DNA of 64,000 nt from NCBI GenBank assembly GCA_963514005.1, contig OY740813.1, positions 16,120,001 through 16,184,000 on the forward strand, written 5' to 3'. Positions 23,346 to 34,529 of the stretch are shown in pieces. Below the pieces are notes generated by a model. The model was not told the DNA's origin and did not search any database. It saw nothing but the letters and a program-made list of their open reading frames with translations. The translations under genes were made by a program, and so were the position numbers. Within the stretch, counting starts at the first letter, position 1. Each line of letters starts with the position of its first letter. The stretch comes from Raja brachyura. Its lineage: Eukaryota.

Positions 23346-24050
23346 GGCGCAGTTTGTACAGTTTTATTCATTTTTCTATTTGAATGCATTGCTGTTCTAG
23401 CCACTTCAGTCAAACAATGATGAACAATGGCAGCAATCTAACAAACCTCTTTGTTTACCTTTCTCTTCATTTCCTTGCAACATTACTTTTTGGTGAAATT
23501 TGCACCATTTCACTGAATTACTATCATTTGTTCTTATGAATGGAGAAATAGAAAACCTGAGAAACGTTCCTCAATTGGTAGCTTTAAAAACAGACGGAAA
23601 AATAACAGAGAATTCAAAGTCTCAAAGGGAAGAGTTGAACAACCTTTCAGTTAGCCTAAATGAAAGGGTATCAGGAAGCTAGAGAAAAAGCTATAAACCT
23701 TGTGATTGTCTTATCAAAATTAATGCTACAGAGAATTTATGTTAAAAAAGATACATTGGCTTGAAAATTTAAAAAGCAATCAAATGTTTAGATGATTTTA
23801 GAGATACAGCGTGGAAACAGGCCCTGCGGCCCACCGAGTCCGCAACGACCAACAATCACCGTTGTGAAATTATGAAACTTAAACTGTTTCTATAAATTGT
23901 TTAAACGGCTTTGTGTCTTTTCTTTTCAAGGGCTACAGGACATGGAAACTATTCTTTAATTATCAGACTGGATGTTGACGATCATTTCTTTAGGCAGGTT
24001 ACCTTTACAGACTGACCAATCATGGATGTAACTTTTGCTTGTTTTTGCAG

Positions 24051-24173
24051 ATTGGCCCTCACCTGGATACATTCCGGAGTGCTGAAGCTCGGCATGCAGC
24101 TTTTAGAGCAAACTGGCTGGATTCTGCAGCAAGGAGCGGTCCCAATGGCGAAGGTGTCTATGCCCTTAATTAA
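24051..24173 (+). CDS. cfap77: CFAP77 last coding exon
   Basis: ttttgcttgtttttgcag acceptor. IGPHLDTFRSAEARHAAFRANWLDSAARSGPNGEGVYALN-TAA matches recalled human C-terminus [40 protein letters not shown] in length (40 aa) and in the HLDTF motif. Phase is compatible with the previous exon. Confidence 0.88.
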   Translation: MGPHLDTFRSAEARHAAFRANWLDSAARSGPNGEGVYALN

Positions 24174-24276
24174 ATCCATCCCTAAACCAACTAATTTCTT
24201 CAACTTGCAAATTAATAGATTATAACTTGTGCGCATTGATACTTGAAATATGTAATGATTTTAATATGGAGTCAGC

Positions 24277-24282
24277 ATTAAA
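24277..24282 (+). terminator. Candidate cfap77 polyadenylation signal (ATTAAA)
   Basis: ATTAAA about 100 nt after the stop codon, followed by T/GT-rich sequence (tttggtttgtttgt). Confidence 0.4.
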
Positions 24283-26058
24283 TTCATTCTTCAGTTATCT
24301 GACTACATTTGGTTTGTTTGTAAGTTATACTGCCAGTGAGTTACAGAATGGGCTTTACTTCACAAAGCAGCAGTTGTTCACAAGGTTCGGCAGAATGTGA
24401 ATCAACCAGACGTTCTGCTTCAGTCTGCCTTGAAGAAACTCTGATCAACTTTACAGAAAAAACTCTATATTTACTAAATATTGATTACCTGATGAAAGAC
24501 AACATCTCCAAACCATATCGTAAAAACAAAAACTTCTGGTGAGTTTGGACCCAGGGACAGTATGGGATGGGAGGAGAAGTACAGAAAATTAATTCTTCTG
24601 CCTTAATGCGTCATGAGCATGAGCATGAGCCAAACCCAAAGCCATTCAATCAATGTCTGAACCTGGCCACGCTGCCAATGCAGTAATTTGTTGAATGGAA
24701 AAAAAGACAAAGTGCTGGCGTAATTCATCAGGTCAGGCGGTATCTGTGGAGGACATGGATAGATAATGTATCAGGTTGGGACCCTTCTTCAGATTCAGGA
24801 TTTCAGGTACCTACATTCTATCCGTCACTTCTCAGTGCACCAAACCCTTGTGCACACTTCCAGCTCATTAATAGGCATGCAGTCAAATCTAGTCACCAGT
24901 GGATCAACGGGGTAAGAAAAGAAACAGACCTCTTGCGAGGGAAATCTGATCCAGTGGAGTCCTTGACAAAATGTTTGAAGCATTTTCTTGCCATCAGAGA
25001 GAAAAGTACCAGATCCCATGGCAACACAACCACTTGGCATCTTGGTTGTCTTGGACAAGTTGGGCCGGAGGGCCTGTTACTGTGCTATACGAGTCTATCA
25101 CTCGATGACTAGTCAAGATTATTAATAAAATACTTCAAAGATGTCTGCATTGCCCACACCATGGTACCGATAGCAGCTGGATAGACCACCTCCTAATCTG
25201 TCATCTCCATCAATGTGATTCAAGAGTCAAGATTCAAGAGAGTTTATTGTCATGTGTCCCTGATAGGACAATGAAATTCTTGCTTTGCTTCAGCACAACA
25301 AAACATAGTTGGCATGACTACAGAACAGATCAGTGTGTCCATATACCATTATATAAATATATACACACATGAATAAATAAACTGATGAAGTGCAAATAAC
25401 AGATAATGGTCAATTAATGTTCAGAGTTTTGTCCGAGCCAAGTTTAAAAGCCTGATGGCTGTGGGAAGTAGCTATTCCTGAACCTGGTCGTTGCAGTCTT
25501 CAGGCTCCTGTACCTTCTACCTGAAGGTAGCAGGGAGATGAGTGTGGGGCCAGGGTGGTGTGGGTCCTTGATGATACTGCCAGCCTTTTTGAGGCTGAGA
25601 CTGCGATAGATCTCCTCAATGGAAGGGAGGTCAGAGCCGATGATGGACTAGGCAGTGTTTACTACTTTTTGTAGTTTTTTCCACTCCAGGGCGCTCACGT
25701 CGCTGAATCAAGCCATGATGCAACCGGTCAGCAAGCTCTCTGCTGTGCACCTGTAAGTCCACCTTGACAAACCGACTCTCCGTAATCTTCTCAGGAAGTA
25801 GAGGCGCTGATATGCTTTCTTAATAATTGCATCAGTGTTCTCGGACCAGGAAAGATCTTCAGAGATGTGCACGCCCAGGAATTTGAAGCTCTTGACCCTT
25901 GCAACCATCAACTCGTTGATATAAACGGGACTGTGGGTCCCCATCCTACTCCTTCCAAAGTCCACAATCAGTTCCTTGGTTTTGCTGGTGTTGAGGGCCA
26001 GGTTGTTGTGCTGGCACCATATGGACTGTCGCTCGATCTCTCTTCTATACTCTTACTC

Positions 26059-26965
26059 CGGAAGTGGCGGCGCTGCCTGGCAGCTGCGGCTCGCCTGCAG
26101 TCCGTCTGTTTTTTTCTTTTTTGTTGTTGTTTTCTTTTGTCTGTTTTAGTTTAGTTTAGTTTATTAGGTTGTGTAAGTGTGCGGGGGGTGGTGGGAGAAA
26201 CATGGTTTTAGTCTCTTCCTTCGGGGGGATGCTACTTTTTCTTGTCGTGTCCCCCGTCCCAATCTGTGCTGAGGCCTAATGGCGGAGCTGGCGGCCTCGG
26301 GGCTGTGGCGGCGTTCCGGCAGCGGCAGCGGCCCAATGTGACAGCGGGCCGACTTTGGAGCTGTGGCGGCGTTCTGGCGTTCCGGCAGCGGCAGTGGCTG
26401 CGGCCCGACTTGGAGCTGTGGGCCCACTTTGGAGCTGTGGCAGTGGCCCGACTTGCGGCAGCGGCCAGACTTGGAGCTGTGGGCCGACTTTGGAGCTGTG
26501 GCGGCGTTCCGGCGGTGGTGGTGGCGGTGGCGGCGCAGCTTCGGAGGCCCGGCCGTGGGCCCGGTGGACGACATCATCGGGAGCTCGCAGGTCACAGGTT
26601 GGTGACCTGTTTTTCCAGAGCTCTCGCAACAACAGCTTCGTCCACTGGACTGGAGGGCGGCAGCTTCGGCAGCTTCAACCACCCTGGTCCGCAGAGTTTG
26701 AATCGGCCCGGGACTGACTTACTTACCATCACCCGGCGGGGTCACAACATCGGAGACCTGGATCGCCTCAGCACAGAGGGAGAACAAGGAGGGAAGAGAC
26801 AAAGACTTTCAGACTTTTGCCTTCCATCACAGTGAGGAGGTGCCTGGTGACTTGTGTGTTTTTGTTATTTTTATTATATGTATGACTGCAGGCACGAAAT
26901 TTTGTTCAGACCAAAAGGTCTGAATGACAATAAAGGTAGCATTTCATTTTTCTTTTTCTTTTTTT
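26059..26965 (+). mobile_element. GC-rich non-autonomous retroelement with internal minisatellite
   Basis: Cleanly interrupts the Rex1 RT (3-bp ctc overlap at the junctions). Ends with hairpin ttcagacc-aaaa-ggtctgaa, AATAAA (26929) and a T/C-rich tail. Confidence 0.75.
26280..26550. repeat. GC-rich compound minisatellite
   Basis: Recurrent gact(t)tggagctgtgg and gcggcgttccggcagcggcag units. Confidence 0.85.
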
Positions 26966-28749
26966 CTCATCCCTATCAGTGATACGTCCCACAATGGTGG
27001 TGTCATCAGCGAACTTGATGATGGAGTTTGCACTATGACCGGCTACGCAGTCATGAATATAGAGTGAGTACAGCAGGGGGCTGAGAACGCAGCATTGAGG
27101 TGTTCCTCTGCTGATTGTTATCGAGGCTGACATATTTCCACCAATACGAACAGACTGTGGTCTGTGAATGAGGAAGTCGAGGATCCAATTACAGAGGGAT
27201 ATGCAGAGACCCAGTTCTGCAAGTTTGGTAACCAGCTTGGAGGGGATGATTGTGTTAAATGCCGAGCTGTAATCAATGAATAACAGCCTGACATATGAGT
27301 TTTTGTTGCCCAAGTGGTCCAGAGCAGAATGGAGGGCCAGCGTGATCGCATCCACCGTTGATATGTTGTGGCGGTATGCGAACTGCAGTGGGTCCAGGTT
27401 TTTGTCGAGGTAGGAGTTGATTTACGCCATGATCAACCTCCCAAAGCACTTCATCACCACAGGCGTTAGTGCCACTGATCGATAGTCATTGAGGCACGTC
27501 ACCTTACTCTTCTTGGGCACTGGTATAATTGATGCCCTTTTAAAGCAGGTGGGTACCTTAGACCTCAGGAGTGAGGGGTTGAAAATGTCCGTAAATACTC
27601 CAGTCAGTTGGTCCGCACAGGTTTTTACAACATGACCGGGTATACCATCAGGTCCAGGCGCTTTACGAGGGTTCACCCCTCTGAAGGATTTCCTGACTTC
27701 GGCCTCTGTGACTCTGTGGCTCCACCAATGTAGCATTAACAGGAATGTTGTCACAAGAAAAGCAAAGCAGAATGATGTGTACCCACTACCCTGTTCTGGG
27801 CTGCCCTAAACCAACTATTATTAGTACATGTGAACAGACTCTTGGTTTCTTTCCCAACAATAATTAGGTTGATGATTAGGTTTAGCATTATTATTGTCAT
27901 GAGTTCCAAGGTACAGTGAAAGGTATCCAAACAGATCAGATATACCACACATAAATTAAGTCAGACTCAAGTACAATAGATGGAGCAAATGGGAGGATAC
28001 AGAGTGAAGAATATAGTTCTCAACATTCTGGCGCATCAGTTCTATAGACAAAGTCCAATGTCCACAATGGTGCACAAGTTAATTGGACAGTACCCTCGCT
28101 TATCGAAGGACCATTTAGAACATGGAAATGGTGTAATCATGACCATCTTCACGAAAGGAAACAAATCAACAGCGGTAGTGAGAGAGGACTTACTGCCGAT
28201 ACCACTCAGGTCCAAGGCAAAAATCAGATACGTTAATAAACCTCAAACTAATTCAAACACATTGTATGATTGACTTTCTCCAGGCAAATTAGGTGTATAC
28301 TGTTCCCTGGCTGTTACTTGAGGTTGATGCAGAGGCATAGAATAGAGGACGGCCAGCACTCCAAGTTCAATTCAATAAACCAGGAACAGGGGCGGTGAAA
28401 GATAACACTGTTTAAAGAAACAGTTAGATAAGCCAACTGCATATTGCCATGGTCAATAGATGTGTCATAAAACCTTGGTGTGCAGCCCAGTGAAAATTAT
28501 CTGCTGAGCAGTGTCAAATGTTCATGCAATCTAACAGCATTTTTATCATAGCCACATGTACCCATGAGAAATGCATTGTAGGTGTAATTTACAATGACAA
28601 GCATAAGAATCTACTGATATCTTTAAAGAGATTGCACAGAGAAATAGTACATTGATGATAGTCACTTAATAACTTAATGAATAGACTGTGGGCAGCTTCA
28701 CCACACTGTGACATTAACCCTTCAAATTGCCAATATGTGCAGATTACCT

Positions 28750-29515
28750 GTGAGGAAGGAACTGCAGGTGTTGGTTTACACCAAAGATAGACACAAAATG
28801 CTGGAGTAATTCAGCGGGACAGGCAACATCTCTGGTTAGAGGGAATGAGTGAGATTTCGGGTCGAGACCCGTCTTCAGACTGAGAGTCAAGGGAGTGGGA
28901 GACACAGAGAGATGGAAGGGTAAGGTGTGAAAATGAGACATTAAAGGGGACGAGGGTCAAAGAAAATGTATAATAGATCATTGTTAGCGAGGGGAAGGTG
29001 ACAATGAAGCATCCAACGATGAGGTTAAATCAGGAGAATGGTCAGACTGGTCAGAGAACTAGGATGGGGGAGGGATGGAGAGAGAGGGAAAGCAAGGGTT
29101 AATTGAAGTTAGAGAAGTCAATATTCATAACGCTGGGTTGTAAGCTGCCCAAGCAAAATATGAGGTGCTGTCCCTCCATTTTGCGTTGATACGCACACAG
29201 ACAATGGAGGAGGCCCAGGACAGAAAGGTCAGTATGGGAGTGGGTGTTAAAGTATTCAGCAACCAGAAATCATGTAAGTTTAGGTGGTGTGAGCAGAGGT
29301 GTTCAGCGAAACGATCGCCGAGGCTGCTGTTGGTCTCGCCGATATAGAGGGGTCCACACCTGGAACAGTGGATACCATAGATGAGGTTGGAGGAGGGGCA
29401 AATGAACCTCTGCCTCACCTAACTGTCAGGGTCCTTGGACAGAGTCGAGGGAGGAGGTATAGGGACAGGCGTTGCATCTCCTTCGGTTGCATGAGAAAGT
29501 ACCTGGGGAGGAGTG
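28750..29515 (-). mobile_element. Penelope-like element 3' part with decayed GIY-YIG endonuclease
   Basis: PGTFSCNRRRCNACPY...RQRFICPSSNLIYGIHCSRCGPLYIGETNSSLGDRFAEHL (LIY/YIG motifs with Cys knuckle). The 3' UTR ends with a degenerate hammerhead (28851-28878) and the gatgctgg/gaactgc terminus. Confidence 0.9.
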
Positions 29516-29676
29516 GATTGTCTCCATTTTGTCTTGTGCTATCACCATAATGTCTGCCACATGCAGCAAGATGTGGACAATACCTAGATTTGGGGTGAGA
29601 AGTGGAGAGTGATATTTGGCCAGGCTCGCACCCAGCAAAGTAGAGTTCAATTACGTTTTATGTTCCCAATACAATT

Positions 29677-30020
29677 ATGTTCCCAATGTTGGGTGAGTCC
29701 AGAACCAGGGGCCACAGTCTTGGAATAAAGGGGAGGTCATTTAAGACTGAGGTGAGAAAAAAACTTTTTCACCCAGAGAGTTGTGAATTTATGGAATTCC
29801 CTGCCACAGAGGGCAGTGGAGGCCAAGTCACTGGATGGATTTAAGAGAGAGTTAGATAGAGCTCTAGGGGCTAGTGGAGTCAAGGGATATAGGGAGAAGG
29901 CAGGCACGGGTTATTGATAGGGGACGATCAGCCATGATCACAATGAATGGTGGTGCTGGCTCGAAGGGCCGAATGGCCTCCTCCTGCACCTATGTTCATA
30001 TGTTTCTATGCTTCTATATG
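29677..30020 (+). mobile_element. 5'-truncated young CR1 3' end
   Basis: Nearly identical to 4837-5171. Its tail is interrupted by a Penelope-derived piece and resumes at 30115-30133. Confidence 0.92.
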
Positions 30021-30114
30021 TCTGAAGAAGGGTCTCAACCCGAAACGTCGCCTATCTCATTCGCTCCTTAGATGCTGCTGCACCCTCTGAGTTTCTCCAG
30101 CCTTTTATGTACCT
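30021..30114 (+). mobile_element. Short Penelope-derived insertion carrying an intact hammerhead core (30022-30049)
   Basis: CTGAAGA-A-GGG-tctcaa-CCC-GAAAC-GTC followed by gcctatctcattcgctccttagatgctgctgcac, the same family as 11541-11632. Confidence 0.8.
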
Positions 30115-30349
30115 TCTATGTTTCTATGTTTCTTTAATATTCAATAAATTATCCTCACACATAGCAAGCAGCACAAAAGACCACAAGCCACTCCACTGAT
30201 ACATCAATCACTAACCTGAACATCCTCCTTCTCCCCAACCAGTGCTCCGTGATGCAGTCTACACTGAAAGATATATTGTGCAATGATTCACCAGGACTAA
30301 GCAGGACCTCCCAAACCATGAATTCCATCATCAGGAAAGGACACAGGGG

Positions 30350-30443
30350 ATAGACACAAAATGCTGGAGTAACTCAGCGGGACAGGCAGCATCTCTGGAG
30401 AAAAGGAATGGGTGACGTTTCGGGTCAAGACCCTTCTTCAGAC
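30350..30443 (-). mobile_element. Penelope-derived end with intact hammerhead core (30414-30441)
   Basis: Reverse complement reads CTGAAGA-A-GGG-tcttga-CCC-GAAAC-GTC-acccattcc. Confidence 0.8.
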
Positions 30444-31300
30444 ACTTGGGAACCTTTTCACTATCTGGGGCCTTTACAACTCACACGTCACCTGACTTGG
30501 ACATACATAGCAGTTCAATTATAATTCTATATTAGATCTTAGATCTCCTGTAAACAGCACCGTTAACACAGTGACCACACGGACAGAACATTAAAACGGT
30601 TTCTGCTAGGTCTTCAGAGCTTCGTGGGACAGGCAGTAACCACAGGCATCCTTGCAAAGCCCACAAGAATGTATAACTAAACAAATGTTGCCTCTGATTC
30701 TGTGGGACTCTGGGGAGTAATTGATTTTTCTGGTGAACTGACAATGAAAATATACCCAGCAAATCCTGTGATATAATAAAATGCGCATCCACTCAGATAG
30801 GAACAGTCTGGTTCAGCTAAAATTCTTTTACAATGGCTCCTGGGATAATTGCTAACAACAGCCATGAAAAGTCAGAATACATTTATAGTAATTGCTGATG
30901 GTGAGGGAGATTAGAATTTGTCTTAACATTTGGAATGATTTGAATTGTAACGTCAGCACATTTTTTTTAACAAAAGATCTGCGATTACACGAATATTCAT
31001 TTAATTACACATTTGCCTTCACAGCTACATAACCTGCAATGAGATGCTAAAGAAATTTCCACCCATGACCCACCGTGGACACTGAATTTTAACATGGCTG
31101 TAACAGCAATACCACTGTGACAGCAATTATTAGTTCAATACATGGAATGGTTTCTGACCTCATTTGTACCATGACAGAAATACTCAGCACCAGCCTAGAA
31201 TATGTATTGGCAGTTGTTGGAAAGTTACCCTGGGCCATTTGTGGTTTCCAAACAGTGACACAGCCTTATAGTGGTACTGTAGGAGCCAGGGAGCAAGTAA

Positions 31301-32299
31301 AGGGGCTGTCCCACTTGGGCGATGGTGGAGACGCCCCTCAAAATAAGGGAAGGTATCCCATGCCGGGGGGCCACATGAGTGGCACGGGTGGGGGATTAAT
31401 TAGTAAAATTTGAAAAATGTATATAGACTGCATGGAAGAATTTGTATAGCCTCCGAAAATGTCGGATGGATTTTTCGCACGGTTGATGTATTGTAAATAT
31501 TTATTACCTAAGCTGCGAGTTCTGGCAAATTTGCCCTCGACTCATACTCGCAGCATGGTCGACACAAGGTCACATGAGGTCTTTGTAACTCTCCTTCATG
31601 CTCGAGAGTATTCCCCGTGTACCCGAGGCCTCAGCTAGGTCGTGGCGTATTTTTCAATATGTTGAAAAATGCCCGCGAGTAAAAAAAGGTGGCCATGGAA
31701 AAAATTGATACTTTTTTTACTCGTAGGTTTAGTCATAGTAGGTCAGCATGTTATTCATTGGTAATCGAGGGTGGTCGAAGGTAGCCGTAGACAGTCTTCA
31801 TCATAGTCGAAGGGAGGTCGAAGGAGGTCGTCTTCACCCTCCACTATTTGGTGTCCAATTTTCCCGAAGTTAAGGGCCTGTCCCACTGTACAAGGTAATT
31901 CAAGAGCTCTCCCAAGTCTAAAAAAATCAAACTCATGCTAAGTACGTAGAATGTATGTAGCGACTATGTCGGAGCTCGTGGATGTCTCGTAGCTACTTGC
32001 AATGCTAACAGCAGGTACTCAGGAAACGCGGTAACTCATGAAGTTCTTTCAGCTCTGTGAAAAATGTCCACGAGTGCCCCGAGTACCTACGAACGGCTGT
32101 TACTGTAATTCTCCGAGTTCAAATCAGGGTAAACTCGGGAGAACTCTTGAATTACCTCGTACAGTGGGACAGGCCCTTTAGTCGTAGCTAGTCATAGCTA
32201 GTCAAAGCTAAACATAGTTGAAGGAGGTCGAAGGAGGTCTTCAACATGACAATACTCTTCTAAACTCGCCAATTAGGTCGCCCAAGTGGGACAGCCCCT
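31301..32299. mobile_element. PIF/Harbinger-type non-autonomous element (outer)
   Basis: Perfect 22-bp TIRs aggggctgtcccacttgggcga / tcgcccaagtgggacagcccct, flanked by TAA and TTA. Confidence 0.85.
31873..32177. mobile_element. PIF/Harbinger-type MITE nested in the outer element
   Basis: 41-bp TIRs with 2 mismatches starting agggcctgtcccactgtac. Perfect TTA TSD at 31870-31872 and 32178-32180. Confidence 0.9.
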
Positions 32300-32416
32300 T
32301 TACCTTCCTAACATTGCATGAGAGAGATCGAGGCTACAATATGATAAGAAATGTTCGTGAAAAGTAATATGGCACAGATTTTCCTTTGGTGACTTTCATT
32401 CAAGCTCCGCAATGGA

Positions 32417-32585
32417 ATTTAGTTTAGTTTAATTTAGAGATACAACATGGAAGCAGACCCTTTGGCCCATCGAATCCACGCTGACTATAATAACCCATTC
32501 ACACAAATTCTATGTTATCCCACCTTTTCATCCACTCCCTACACACTAGGGGCAATTTACAGAAGCTAAGTAAACCTACAAACCG
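32417..32585 (-). mobile_element. V-SINE 3' half
   Basis: tttagtttagtttaatttagagatacaacatggaagcag...ggcaatttacag, reverse complement of the tail of the SINE at 4184-4506. Confidence 0.65.
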
Positions 32586-32944
32586 ATTAAAAACATGTGA
32601 GATTAAAATATTTTATAAATTATCTGTATGACCTTCAACACCAAAGACACCACTTGTGATGCACGACAATGTTTCAATACAACAGAAAACTAATGTCAAT
32701 TTCAGGTCAAATTAATTTTCACTGTTGACAACCAGGCTCATACCCAGATCAGTGATCTGGATTCAGTTGCTAACATTAAAAGGGAGGGAAATTATTTGAA
32801 AAAGTTTGATTTGTGCTCTTCTTCCATCACAACATAGCTAGGGTCTTGCCAACTGTCCAACATCTCAATGTAGCAAATTTCTCAAAGTTCACTCCCCCTT
32901 GATCCCTTTATGCTTTCTTCCGATGAAGTAACACCCACTTATGG

Positions 32945-33152
32945 TGTAGACACAAAATGCTGAACTCAGCGGGAGAGGCAACATGTCTGGATAGAAGGAA
33001 TGAGTGACGTTTCACGTTGAGTCCATTCTTCAGACTGTCTTGTCCCAAAATGTCACCCATTCCTTCTATCCAGAGATGCTGCTGGTCCTGCTGAGTTACT
33101 CCAGCATTTTGTGTCTATCTTCAGTGTAAACCAGCATCTGCAGTTCCTTCTT
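32945..33152. mobile_element. Older palindromic Penelope-derived element
   Basis: tagacacaaaatgctg...gacgtttc...ttcttcag followed by its inverted copy gtcacccattcc...cagcattttgtgtcta and the terminus ccagcatctgcagttccttc. Confidence 0.75.
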
Positions 33153-33190
33153 ACCCACATCTTCTGAGAGTGTTCGGGACATCCTTTTAG

Positions 33191-33392
33191 AGGGCGACAT
33201 GGTGGCTCAGCAGTAGAGTTGTTTCTTTACAGCGCTTGTTGCGCCAGAGACCCAGGTTCGACCCGACTGCCGGTGCTGTCTGTAAGGAGTTTTTACATTC
33301 TCCCCATGACCACATGGGTCTTCTCTGAGGTCTTCGGTTTCCTCCCACACTCCAAAGACATACATGTTTGTAGGTTAATTGGCTTGGTGTAA
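33191..33392 (+). mobile_element. V-SINE 5' half (tRNA head and V domain)
   Basis: A box tggctcagcagt, B box ggttcgaccc, and cggtttcctcccacactccaaagac. Confidence 0.8.
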
Positions 33393-33467
33393 GCGTCAAG
33401 GACGGTGCAGTCGTCATTCCAATGCTGTCGTAGTCAGAGTTTATCTACCACAGGATTCAATCAAGTA

Positions 33468-34440
33468 AGGTCATAAGGTCATACGTGATAGGAATAAAAT
33501 TAGGCCATTCGGCCCATTCAATCATGGCTGATCTAACTCTCCTTCCTAATCCCGTTCTCCTGCCTTCTCCCCATAACCTCTGACACCTGTACTAATCAAG
33601 AATCTATCTATCTCTGCCTGAAAAATATCCACTGATGGTCTCCACAGCCTTCTATGGCCAAGAATTCCACAGATTCACCACCCTCTGACTAAATAAATTT
33701 GTCCTCATCAGCTTCGTAAAATAACATATTTTCATTCTGAGGCTATGAACTCCTGTCCTAGACTCCCAAACTAGTGGAAACATTCTCTCCACATCCATTC
33801 TCTCCAAGCCTTTCACTATTCTGACTTTCAGTGAGGTCCCCCTCATTCTTCTAAACCCCAGCGAGTACAGGCCCAGTGCCGACAAATGTTCATCATAGGT
33901 TACCCTACTCATTCCTGGGATCATTCTTGTAAACTACCTCTGGACCCTCTCCAGAGCCAGCACATCCTTTCTCAGATATGGTGCCCACAATATTCTCACA
34001 ATATTCCAAATGTGGCCTTACCAGGACCTTATTGTCAGCATTACATCCATGTTTTTGTATACAGCCCTCTTGAAATATAGTTTGCTTTCATTACTACCGA
34101 TTCGACTTGCACATTAACTATTTGGGAATCCCGCACCAGCACTTCCAAGTCCCTTTGCAACTCCGATTTCTGGATTCTCTCCCCATTTAGAAAATAGTCT
34201 ATGCCTTTATTCCTACGACCAAAATGCATGACTCCACTCTTTACCACACTATATTCTCTGCCCACTCACCCAACCTGTTCAAGTCGTTCTGCAGAGTCCC
34301 TGCTTTCTAAAAACTACCTGCTCTTCCACCTATTTTTGTATCATCTGCAAATTTGGCCACAAAGCCTTCAATCCCCTCGTCCAAATCATTAATATACAAT
34401 GTGAAGGATAGTGGCCCCAGCACCGACCCCTATGGAACTT
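33468..34440 (-). mobile_element. CR1 LINE fragment
   Basis: ALGLYSLGFRRMRG...FSQRVVNLWNSWP and KSGVMHFGRRN...QRDLEVLV. Confidence 0.88.
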
Positions 34441-34529
34441 CTTTCTTCACTCAGTTCTCTAATCACCCAGGACCAACATAAAACAAAACATTCTCTAATC
34501 ACCCATCAAAACAATTACAGCAGAATTTT

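Larger units (their letters stand above)
25222..27714 (-). mobile_element. Rex1/Babar non-LTR retrotransposon, 5'-truncated and split by an insertion at 26059-26965
   Basis: [29 protein letters not shown]...[40 protein letters not shown]...[14 protein letters not shown]...[10 protein letters not shown] and KFLGVHISEDLSW...KKAYQRLYFLRRL. 3' hairpin, atgacaataaa and short cttga repeat tail. Confidence 0.92.

Noticed and set aside
24022-24225. ORF-track peptide MDVTFACF...
   Set aside because: Wrong frame; the real exon is cfap77 24051-24173 in another frame.
26280-26550. CRISPR-like repeat array
   Set aside because: Units are degenerate and adjacent with no unique spacers, the context is eukaryotic, and no cas genes are present.
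26164-26835. Several overlapping 80-197 aa ORFs
   Set aside because: Artefact of a GC-rich minisatellite lacking stop codons; the peptides are repetitive with no domain.
33191-33270. tRNA gene
   Set aside because: A and B boxes run into a V-SINE body and there is no complete cloverleaf, so it is a SINE head.
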